A stretch of DNA of 64,000 nt from Amoebidium appalachense (taxonomy: Eukaryota > Protista > Ichthyosporea), in contig CAVNZM010000007.1 in the NCBI GenBank assembly GCA_963693365.1, forward strand, positions 9,049,962-9,113,961. The letters are read 5' to 3'. The notes beneath the pieces are model-generated. The model was given only the letters and a program-made list of their open reading frames with translations. It was not told where the DNA came from and did no database searches. Each line of letters starts with the position of its first letter. Positions within the stretch are counted from its first letter, which is position 1. The position numbers were made by a program, and so were the translations under genes. Shown here one piece after another: positions 35,762 through 64,000 of this stretch.

Positions 35762-36159
35762 CCTATTAGGTTTGACCATCGGCAATCCGATTGGGTGATC
35801 GGATTATGGCAACCACGATTGGAAATATGATTGCTGGATTAATGGTATAGCTGGTTTTACATGTAACGTACCGAAGAGTGTTTCCAAAGTAGCGGTTAGC
35901 TTTTTTTTGTCATGGTAACACCCCTTTTCCGTTCCTTTTGTACGAACGAGGATCCGAGAATTCGAATAGAATTTCAAAATTTTGAATGGTTCACACACAG
36001 CACTTGTTTTTAGGTAGGTTGACGTTGAGGTATACTATTAGTCGAGATAGACACCGACGTTGCATGAATGATTTGGGTTGCACATACAGCGCTAGGTGAG
36101 GAGCCGGATAGAGTGCTCTTTTGTCTTGATTCCCTGCCACCTAGAGGGGATGAGGGGAA

Positions 36160-36194
<35 letters not shown>

Positions 36195-37016
36195 TTTTGA
36201 AACATCAACACCCATGCAGAAAGGTGCACAAGAGGTCTATGGGGTCATGTTTGGCGTATGTAGATATGGAGATACACAAGCACAAGCAGGCACACATGTG
36301 TATTCACACATGAAATCACAGGCACCAATTTTGTCTGAACAGCGTTAATCCGTCATAAAACACATACACGGTGTCATATGCAAAAACGGGGGGGGGGGGG
36401 GGGGGGGGGGGGGTTTGAGTAATACAGATTGCCCAGCTGCTGGTCAGCCCAGGCGGCCCTTGTAATTTACCAATCAGACAGCACAATCAAAATGACCCAT
36501 ACATGGCTGAGCCAATGGCGTTGCAGTGTTCATTCGTGACGAATATGCTGATGGTATGTAAAGTCTTTTGTCCCACTGGGATACGGTGTACATCGAATCC
36601 CCCTGCACCCATACAAAGGTGGACATGATCAAATCACACATAACCCCCCCCCCCCCCCCTCCCCCCTCCCCCCCCAGCCCCTGGCCACGCCCACCACCAC
36701 CACCACACACACACACACATACCAACGTTACCTGGGTTTGCCACATCACCACGGGTACATTCTTTCCAAAATAACATCCGGTACACCACTCATGCTCATT
36801 AGACTTCAGACGTCCCCCCCCCCCCCCCCCCTTTCACGCACACAGTGACATACACACACCCTTTCGAACTATCTTCCAACATTGCTTAATCATAACCAGA
36901 CATTAGAGCAACCAACTAACCCTTGTGGCAGCGCATCCTCCAAACCACCTTTTACGCATTCCTGTAGCAATTACTGTTATTATGCAAAGTTATAAAACAA
37001 CTATGTTATAGGGCGG

Positions 37017-37567
37017 CTACTTCTTCCTTGCAGCGCAGTTGAGCTTGTGCTTTTTCCAGTCGTCCTTCTGGCATGCCGCAGAGCTGCATCCGCATACCTG
37101 CATGAGTGATGGTCCACGCCCTAGTAGCTCCATACGTGCACCCAACCCTCCAACGTGCCAACCTATGACAAAGAGAGACACACATGGCATGCACAGTTGT
37201 GCAAGGAACACACGCGAACACACACTTATGGCTTCAAGTGTGAAGCACACCTATGATACATCCACAGATTTCCACACGCTCTCTCAACTAAACCTTCTGC
37301 TCTACCTATCCCCCTAGCCACATACACACACTGCTACATGCATCGGGTTGTCTAACAGCAAGGACATGTGAGCGCAAAAATGAACCAGGAAATGTATGAT
37401 GGCGAAAAGTAGCTAACATAGGGATGCGCAAACCTTTTTGTTTTGTTTTTTTTCCTTTTTTTTTTCCCTCTTTGGAAGGGGGGGGGGCGGGGAGGAGGAC
37501 TCATTGAGAAAGCGAGAGCCCAGTAGAGGGAAAGGGGGGAAAGGAGGGGGGGCGAGGGGGGAGAGAG

Positions 37568-37610
<43 letters not shown>

Positions 37611-40356
37611 TGGGGGGAGGGGGGAGGACGGGAAACAGGGGGGGGGGGGGGGGGGGGGGGGGGTTTGAATGCGGAACACAGTACGAAGTACGCATACACG
37701 ATGAGAAGCATGGTGCAGGACACATGCAAAGGCAAACATTCAAGTATGCAGCATCAGCCATGCGCACAGTATGCGTCATAAGCAGAGCCCATCCTCAGGG
37801 AGGGCCCAAGGGGGGGGGGGGGGGGGGGAAGGAGGGAGGGAGGGGGTGGCGGGGTAGGCTCCTCCCAGGTGAGGTTGGGGCAGCAAGAGATCAGAGAGGG
37901 AGAAAGAGAAGAGGGGAGGGGCGGAAGGAGGAGGGAGGGCCGGGGGTGATGATTGGAATAAGGGTGGTGGGGGTGGTGGTGGTGGTGGTGGTGGTGGTGG
38001 TGGTGGTGGTTGGGGGGAAGGGGGGGGGGGGAGGGGGGAAGGGATAGCTTTTTTTTTCTGAAGGCAATCGGAGACACCAGGAACGGGGCAAGAGGTTGTG
38101 AAAGGAAAGTGTTTTACATAGCCATCGAGGGTGAACGAGGAGCAACGATGTGTGTGTGTGTGTGTGTGTGTTTTGTGTGTGTGTGTGCGCACGCGCGAGC
38201 GTGCATGTATGGGAGGGTGGGTGTTCGCGTGGATGTGCATGTGTGTATGTGTAAGCGAACGTGTGGGTGTTGTGTGTGTGTGTGTGCGCGCCACGTGTTT
38301 ATGTTTGTGTGTGAGTCTGTGTGTGAAGGTGTTGGGTGCACGTGTTTGTGCGCTTGCATGTGTGTTTGCATGTGTGTGTCTGTGTGTTTTCCTACATGTG
38401 TACACCAGAATGCTAGCGCACAAGTGCAAGCGCGTTGTGTGCCGCTTGCACTTGCTTGCACACTCTGTGAGCACATGTGCATGCGCATCTACCAGTCTAT
38501 GAAGTGTTATACATTTATGGATGAAAAATACTTCACGTACCAGTAGTAGACCTGCCTGCACCCCGTGCACCTCAGTGTGCCGTTCTTGCTGCAGTAGTAA
38601 CTGTTTGCACACAGCGGCACCCCGCTGTCACCCCCCCGCCCTTTGGATGCTGCACACACGGTCAGACATGCACTTCCACGTCAACAAGCACAAACAACGC
38701 GATGTGCCTTGACAGATTATCAGAATTAACTCCCTGAATGTTTTCTCAGTCTTAGATTCCATGACACTGTCGTGACTATTTATGCGTCAGAACTACAAGG
38801 CTACCCAAACGGTGATCCCACGTTACTATCATAGGGACCAAACCCCAAATGTATCACTCAGACCAAGGTGTGTGGACAAGTTCCACAGAACATCCTTATA
38901 CATAATGGGGCAAGCGTCACAACAGCAAGCATTCAGAAGCATAGAAACACTAATTTGTCAGCACATAGTATCTACCTGTATCCTATCAAAACGCGCGGGA
39001 TAAGCTACAGACGAAGGCTGTTACTTAGAAACATGCAAATTATGTTCTTCCCCCCTCCCCCTCCTTCCCCACCACCCGCCGCCCCGTCTTCCCAACCATT
39101 TTCTTCATTCACACAAACACATAAACACACACTTGTTACATAGCCCCAGTGATCACCCAATCCCTCCCCCTAACCCTCCCCCCCCCCCCCCCCCCCCCCC
39201 CCCTTCTCCCAACCACTTTCTTCATCAACACATATACATATAAGGACACTTTTTTATATTGCCACATCTACCACTCCATGTATCTCTTCCCTTCCCTCCT
39301 CCACCCTCCCTCCCCCCCCCTCAAAAGGCCCTCTTCTATCCACTTTCTTCACCAACACAAACATATACAAGCACACTCTTTTACAATGGCACATCCAACA
39401 CTCCATATCCCCCTCCCCCCTCCCCCCCAAACACACACTCTCCCCTTCCTACACGTACCTGCCGCAGCCCTCACAGCCCACGGAGCACTAGCCGAGCAGT
39501 CAGTCAGTGCAAAGTCTCGCCTCTCAAATCGGTCCTGTGCCTCATTCTCATACACACGTGCAAGAAACACGTCCCCTGGGTACCCCACATGTTATCCCTC
39601 TGCTATTCTTAAACCCTTCCTTCCTCCCCCTCCTCCTCCTTCTCCCCCCCACACTCCCCACTTAACCACTCACCCCTTCAGTTCCCCACCATTGGCGGAC
39701 AAAAAAAAAACCCGAAGACCATCTCAACCATCCAACCTATGTGTTCACAAACATCCACCACAAACCACCCACTACAAGCACTCCAACCACACAACCACCA
39801 CCCGTCCATCATCCATCATTCCAAACCTGGTATTCTCGACCCAACTGACCCTCCCAGCCCATAAGGCAGTAATTTGGTGTCTAAAATCATGCAGGTAGTA
39901 GCAACACAGAAGCACACATAGGCTCCCCCAATTGTTTACACACCCACACTCGCATGTATACTCTCACACGACATGAACAACCATCTACCCTTTTTCAACC
40001 CTCTAATTCCCTCCTACCCTCTCTGGTTCTCCCTCCCTTCTACCCTTGTCCTGGTTCTCTCCTCCCTTCCCCCCCTCCCCCCCCCCCCCCCTACCCTTGA
40101 GCAAGTTGTGAATTCGAAGAGGAGTGCGGGCCCTAGCCCGGGGAGGGGGGGGGGGGGGGGGGGGGGCACAACACATGCTCACACGCACAGGCACCGACAC
40201 CAATGCACACTCAGAGAGGGAGAGGTGGGTGTGCGGGGGGGACAGGGGGAGGGGGGAGAGAGTATGTGTGTGGAAGAGAGGGAGGGAGAGAGGGAGAGGG
40301 CCGGGGGGGAGGGGGAGGGAGGAGGGTAGAAGAGAAAGGCAGTTAGGAGGGGGGGG

Positions 40357-40424
<68 letters not shown>

Positions 40425-40644
40425 CTCACCCACACACACACACACCTACTCACCCACCCACACACACGCACACACACACACACACACACCTCTCACATCC
40501 ACACTCTTGCCACATGCAGCAGCCAGCTCCGTAGCCCTTCTGTTGTGGGGCAGCTGCTTGGCCACCCCCCTGTCATCCACATACATACTGACCATCTCTG
40601 CATACACACTCCACCCGGTCAGCAAAGTCAGAGAAGGGGAAGGG

Positions 40645-40721
<77 letters not shown>

Positions 40722-41747
40722 GTGTGTGTTTTGGGGGGGATGGTCGAGGGCAACACATACATCGTAACATTCCATATAATCTCTTTGGCCGTGCCCAAGC
40801 TGATCTCTGATGGTCATCCCACAATTAACCAACACAACGTTTGAAGACAAAAACACCCCATCTGTCTCGCACACATGCATTCACACACATTTACCCAACA
40901 CCACCCTCCCCACACACCATAATTGCTCCTTGTGGTGGGGTTGAGCAGTGTGACTATGTCGACGGTCTGCATGTTGCTGAGCATGCTTGCCATCTGGTCG
41001 GTCAGGGTGGGGGCAGGTGCTCCCGTGCGCTCTGCCTGCTTGGCCATCTCCTGCTCCACCTGTTCGCGGAATTTTGCCTGTTCGGCGGCTGCATTGGCTT
41101 GTCCTGGCCGTGCACGATAGTAATCCTGAACCCGGCAACACATATGTCATTGATAGAAACGTGAGGGGGAGGGGGGGGGGGGGGGGGGGGGGGAGGGGGG
41201 GGAGGGGAAAGGGGGGGGAAGTGGAGGGGAGGGAGAGGGGGGCAAGGGAGGGAGGTAGGGTGGGAGGGAAGGGGGGGGGACAGATCTCCCTTAGCCCCGA
41301 ATTTCGTTCCTCTGATATAGTTGGAGGGAAAGAAAGGGATGACGAGGAAGCAAAAGATAAGAGAGGGGGGGGGGGGGAGAGGGGGGGGGGGGGGAGGGGA
41401 GGGGGTGGAGGTGTTGATGACGCAGTAGCAGCCATTAATTTCATATAGGCAAGGGCACCATGCCATGTGTACTTGTGCTACCAGCAGAAAGGTGCTGTGT
41501 GAGAAGATAGAAACTTAAGGAGACAGCTTGACTTTTTCACCCTACTTTTCATGCAAATACATCTGCTCTTCAGAGGCTGAAGCTCGTCAGAGATGGAAAG
41601 GCGCCTACAACGCCTTTTCCTCTTTTCCCGTTCAATAGTACTCATCCCGGGAAGAAGGAGCACGGAGCAATCGGCAGGAGGGACAGAAGCAGCACGGGGG
41701 GGAGGGGGGGGGGGAGGGGGGGGGCAATATGAGAAAGACGTTAAGAG

Positions 41748-41785
<38 letters not shown>

Positions 41786-42156
41786 CTTGGGGTGCATGGA
41801 GGGAGGGGACGGGGGGAAGGGGCGGGGGGAAGAGTGAGAGGCCAGGGGACGGTGGGGAAGAGAGACACGGGGACGAAAAAGGTGCAAGGGTGAACTGAAG
41901 AGACGGGAGAAAGAAAGAAAAACCGGTACTTTGATCCATAGACGGGTCATAAGCAAACCAGTGATCGGGGTAAAGGAGAGAGGGGAGGGGAGTGCTGGCG
42001 AGGGCTGCAGAGGAGGGCAGGAAGGGCACGCGGGGGGAGGGGGGGGGGGGGGGGAGCTTGGGTGTGCAGGTGTGCATGCAGGTAGCCCCGAGCTCGTGCA
42101 TGTAAACAAACAGCGATGAGAGGGATTGGAAGGGGGGCGGGGGGAGCAGAGAGAAT

Positions 42157-42204
<48 letters not shown>

Positions 42205-42735
42205 AGGGGAGCAAGAAGGAAGTTGTTGCTGCAAGCTAAGTCGTTGTTACCGCAGAGACGGTCCCAGGAATAAATGCCCGAAATCGGGGGCAAAAAAAAA
42301 GCTCTAACCAAGCGGCTTACCAAAGCCACAAGGGATTAGTGAGAATCTACCCTAGTTAAGGTCAGCCGTTAATCTAGTCTTAATTCGTTAACCAAACAAC
42401 AAGTGGGCAAACATCGTTCCCCACGTAACTTATCCCCCCCCCCCCCCCTACCCCCCGTCCCCCTGTCCCCCCTTCCCCCACCCAACCGTCCCTCCTCTAC
42501 CTCTGCCTCACCTCCGCAACTTCCCTCCCGCCCGTTCCTTTATGCCTCCTCCCCTCTCCTCTCCGGCTCAAACCTTCCCATCCACACACTGCCTTGCCCC
42601 ATGCGTGCCAACCCAACCCACCTGCAGGGTCTGTGTGAGGCACGACACCTCATCTTCCTTTTTGTAGCTCAGCGACAGCTCCTCCAGCGGCTGAGCGTCG
42701 TCTGCCGGTATGAGCACATACTTGAACGTGGCCAT
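37017..42735 (-). CDS. MYND-type zinc finger protein with uncharacterised N-terminal domain, 6 exons
   Basis: Exons 42735-42622, 41125-40918, 40597-40490, 39575-39459, 38649-38541 and 37083-37017 splice in frame. C-terminus CANSYYC...[28 protein letters not shown] matches the MYND pattern. Confidence 0.88.
37664..37810 (-). mobile_element. Truncated copy, subfamily 2
   Basis: Reverse complement closely matches 11315-11461. G-runs lie on both sides. Confidence 0.85.
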
Positions 42736-43342
42736 TTTCAGTGTTCCCAAGCCAGCACATAAGACATCTATCGTCGAAGCAAACGTTGCCGTCTCTGAAA
42801 CATGTGGCCATGAAGGTGAAGGAATAGAGCACGCCGCTCCATCTGTGAAGGTCACTGAGAAGGTGATGGTGTGACGTCAGAATGGAAGCAAATGATTGGT
42901 CCTTCTCAGTGATTGGGCTAAACTGAACCACAGAGTCACAGGCTCACTGTCACAGGGTTAGACAATACCCCGAAAATAGCCTACAAAATACCCCACCCGA
43001 AAATGAAATACCCCACCCGGACAAACCCAGGGTACGCCCTCTCCTCCGAGTAGGGTACTTAGCGGTGTTTGCGGCCATAGCAAGGTGTGCTAAGGCTTTT
43101 GGGCAGCCAATGGAAATGGGACATGCAGGTAAGTGCTAATGCCGTTGGTTGGTTTGCTGTCCTCTCCTAGGCTGTAACCTATCAGGTTGAAGTATTGGGT
43201 TTCCTAGTACGGTATTCTGATTGGCTAGAGGAGAACGGATAGACCTGCAGACCACGGCCATCTAGAAACACCAGATGGCCGTCTGGCCGTGCTGCAGAGT
43301 CGCAGACATGATGGATAGGGGTGCATTGGTCTTTACTACGTA

Positions 43343-43603
43343 CCCCGTCAGACTAGCAAAATTTAGCCGGCGCCGGCTATGATTGCTAAAGTATATGACG
43401 TCACACTAATTTGTTACCAACTAATTAATTTAAATTTGGTAACAAATTGGTGTGACGTCATATACCATAGCAATCCGAAGGCTTTGCATTGCCGGCCGGC
43501 GGCGGCTAAATTTTACTAGTCTGACGGGGTAACAAATTAGTGTGACGTCATATACCGTAGCAATTTTAGCTGGCGGCGGCTGAATTTTGCTAGTCTAACG
43601 GGG
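43343..43603. mobile_element. Palindromic MITE with TA flanks and a duplicated right arm
   Basis: The TIR CCCCGTCAGACTAGCAAAATTTAGCCG pairs with ends at 43529 and 43603. TA follows each end and precedes the start. The internal arms are also inverted (TATATGACGTCACACTAATTTGTTACC / GGTAACAAATTGGTGTGACGTCATATA). Confidence 0.8.
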
Positions 43604-44501
43604 TACGTAGAAGGGTTTGAACCTTTTCTCCTTTAAACTTGCCGCAGATCGTATAATTCCAAATCCCGCCAGCGGGGGCCTTTTCCTTTGAGACAATGGT
43701 TTCTACAAACTTTTTCTGAGTAGAAGCAAAATTTTTGCTCCACTATGTTCTTATGCATGTTTAAAATTTTTGCTCCATTATGTTCTTATGCATGTCTATA
43801 ACAATGTTTATCAAAAGACTATCCCTAATAATATTCATTTCATGGCATTTTAGTGTCTTCAAAGTTGGCACTAGCCCGGTCCAGACGTCTTTTAAGTGTT
43901 GGTAATAGACGTACACGTTTATTAATATTAGTTCATGCACCAGACGTACACGTTTATTAATATTAGTTCATGCACCTTCGTGTCTTGCCAGTTAATTTTG
44001 TGACCAAGCACATCGAGGTTTAATAGTAATATACAATTGCCCTGGTGGTCTGACAGGCTGAGCACAACATGACGAGAAAACCAACTGACAACTATCATTT
44101 CTACTTTACAGGCAGTGAACGTTGCATTTAATGTGAACTATTAATAGTAAGCGCTTCATTTCAGTTATTCCTCATGCAACTCATACCGAGGACTTCAGCC
44201 TGAGCACTACAGTGCAAGAATTGTCCGGAAGGGATCGATATCAATACAGTTAGATCTTGGCAAAGGGATCCCAAAAAAATAAATAAAAATAAAAAATAAA
44301 AAAATAGCCATCCTGAGTGGTCTCGTACATTGTTGGCTACGGTTTTGACAAAACCCTTCCCTGTGTGGCATTGATTCGGTACTGAGGTGCCGATCGTGGT
44401 TATTTAATGACATGCATGCCGTACTTTCTCGCTTCAACTCGTCGCGTAATACTTTGTTTCGGCATACATGGGTGGTGTGTCACCGCAGGATTACTTTCAT
44501 A

Positions 44502-61415
<16,914 letters not shown>

Positions 61416-62457
61416 GTTCTGCTGTTTCTATAAAAGACTCCCTCTAAACGTGATGTTCAGTTTTCCTGAGAACTTTTGGCTATGGTTAGTGGTAGCCTGC
61501 CTACTTTGTCTGGCACTGAATGGCTATTATTGACTCGGTTTGTGCCTGTGTACATGTCCTAACCGAAGCTTGTCGCTACATCGATACCTCCCTAGCCAGC
61601 CAGTTCTGCCCTCTATACCACTAACACTCTCCTTTTATCATTAGCTTTACTTTACGTTGCTTTCTTCATTCACTCCTGACTGAAACTTGTCTTTGTCTCG
61701 TTTACGTTTCCCCCTTAGCCCGGTGTAGCACGTCACATTGAACAGGAGGTGTCGACGTCCACGCATGAGGTTCAACAGATCTGAACGCGCAGCGTCGCGC
61801 ACCAACTGCTCCGGGATGTCGACCAATCGGAATACACTTCAGCTTATTGGTGCTGCGTGGTTATAGTAATGCATGATAGTGAACGAACGGCGGAGTGGAA
61901 GCCAGGCAAGCATAAAACACGTGCACATTGAGTCTCTTTTAAAGGTAAAACTGGTAAAAAATCACAATAAAAAACCAATAATAAATAGACTTTTAGGCTA
62001 AAATGCATACATATTTATTCAAAAATCGAGATTACGGCTGTAAATTATTTATTTTGCCTAAAATTGTAGACCATCAATATTGTTGACCCATGACGCCTAA
62101 TCCGACTCCGAGTCCGACTTTTGCGCCAAGTGTGCTGATTGGTGACTCACGCATCGCCTAATATCATAATGTTGCCGCCCCTAGTGTGGCTCACAACGTT
62201 CCAGTCTCGCGCCGAGACCGGCAGGCTGCGGCAGAACGAAACTGACTCAGGCCTATGAACTTCACCGATAGAACTTGTACATATATGAAAGCCTTACGGG
62301 TTACCAGCTATGAAGTCATAGATAGGAAGCCTCGTGATATATGTTTATTCTACTTGTGCTGTAGGTTTTCAGACAGTGATATGCATGGTGCACGTTGATG
62401 CTACCGCTTGCTGGTTGAGAGCGGCGCCTTTGGGCGCCATTTTTTTGTTGTTGAAGA

Positions 62458-62641
62458 ATGCTGCGAGCGCTTTATAGAACAGCTCGGCGGCTGGGCCCAC
62501 GTACACAGTGGGTTGTGCCTCAAACTGCAGCCCGACCAGTATTACCGACACAGAACCTGCGAATGAAGAGGAAAATAACAGTTCTGGATAAGCCACAGCA
62601 GAACGCCAAGCCCTTCCCCTTTTCTTACTTCCAGAAACAAC
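62458..62641 (+). CDS. Probable first exon of a gene continuing beyond the window; possible mitochondrial presequence
   Basis: MLRALYRTARRLGPRTQW... is Arg-rich and acid-poor, and ends at a strong donor C|GTAAGG. It is divergent from the ankyrin gene. No family recognised. Confidence 0.45.
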
Positions 62642-64000
62642 GTAAGGATTGTTTGCTCCCCCCCCCCCCCCCCCCCCCCCCCTTTCTTTCAAGCAAGTGC
62701 ATTACAAGCGTTTACATCTCTCTCTGCGCTTTCTCCCCCCCCCCCCCCCCCCCCCTCCAACCCTCCATCCCCCGTCTGCCTCTCTTCTCTCTTCTCTCTC
62801 TCTCTCTCTCACTCATTCTCTCTCTCTCTCTCTCCTCCCCCCCCCCCCCTCTCTTTCTCTCTCTCTTCCTTCCCCCCCCCCCCCCCTCTCTCTCTCTCTC
62901 TCTGTCTCTCTCCCCCCCCCCCTCTCTCTCTCTGCTTCTCTCTCTCTCTCTCTTCACCCCCCCCCCCCCCCCTTCTTCTCTGTCTCCCTCCCTCCCTCCC
63001 TCCCTCCCTCTCTCTGTCTACCCTTCTCTTGGTCTCTCTCTCTCATTCTGCCTCTTCTCCCTCCCTTCCTCACTCACTCACTCCCTCTCTCCCCCCTCTC
63101 TCTTCCTTTCTTCTCCCACTCTGTCTCACTCTCTCTGCCCACTCGCTCTCTCTGCCTGCTCTATCTGCCCACCCTTCACCCAACTACCTACCCTCACTTC
63201 CACCCACGCTCTCGCACTCCCTCACTCTACCCCTCTCTTTCTCCGTGCGCCCCCGCCCTCGCGCCTTCCTCCCCGTCTCTCCACGGACAACTGCCTTTCC
63301 AAACCCTAACATCCATGTGTGTATATACTTCGTAGCTATTCCCTATCTTTGTTCTCACCGTCAGGCACACTGCTTGTTCCGGCATACTACACCTCACAGC
63401 ATTTTGACATCACCCTGCGGACGCGTGTACATCACCCCCCTTCCGCCCGGCTGTGTTGCCAACCCCATATGTGACCTTTCGTAACATCCTTTTCCATGTG
63501 TGCCCCTCCGCATATTCACAAGGTTAAACACATGCTTGCATGCACACGCACACACAGACACACACACACACACACACACACATACACACACACACACATG
63601 AACACACATATGCACACACACACGTCGCGCTCTATCCCCCTCTTGTCTCCCAACTTCTTCTCGACTCTCATCCCATTCCCTTTTATCATCCCCCTCTTAC
63701 GCTCATATGCCCCTTTCCCCCTTAAGACCACCCTTGCTCGTATAGCCGACTTTTTTTGCCTCGTGCCATACCTGCCGCTTGGTCCACTGAACCCTTAAAG
63801 TTTCATCAGTAAATGTCTTCCTCGTTCTATCACTACCTCCTGACCATATTTGGTAACACCCTTCCCTCTCTGCTCGCCTATTCCCCGCCTTTGTCTTGAC
63901 GACGTTAAGTTATTGCCTTTTCCTTGTTCACTGCCTCTTTCCACCACTCACATACTCATATACCCACTTACCCCCCCCCCCCCCCCCCCCCTTCCACTAC

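Noticed and set aside
43246-43296. Small imperfect hairpin CTGCAG..ACGGCCATCT/AGATGGCCGT..CTGCAG
   Set aside because: Single occurrence and too short to call as an element or terminator.

Overview
This is eukaryotic, very intron-rich genomic DNA. The gene content (SH2 adaptor with many tyrosine motifs, syntenin-like tandem PDZ, villin headpiece) suggests a holozoan, possibly unicellular; this is inference only. Introns are packed with (CA/TG)n, (GA/TC)n and long poly-G/poly-C tracts, so almost all supplied ORFs are spurious low-complexity frames. Reading splice sites by hand gives six multi-exon genes: HGH1 (+), a tandem-PDZ protein (+), a Tyr-motif/SH2 adaptor (-), HSCB (+), a MYND-finger protein (-), and a 24-exon protein with an N-terminal helical region, ankyrin repeats and a villin headpiece (-). 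A seventh gene probably starts at the right edge. The most striking non-genic signal is a non-coding mobile-element family with about 11 copies in several subfamilies. The copies share one fixed end (...CTTCGT...CATTC(A/T)AA) that abuts a poly-C run and are truncated to different lengths at the other end. The family has a covarying terminal stem-loop and carries both hammerhead-like core words. Two kinds of MITE-like palindromic elements are also present. Homopolymer lengths look unreliable: there are +1 frameshifts in coding G/C runs.
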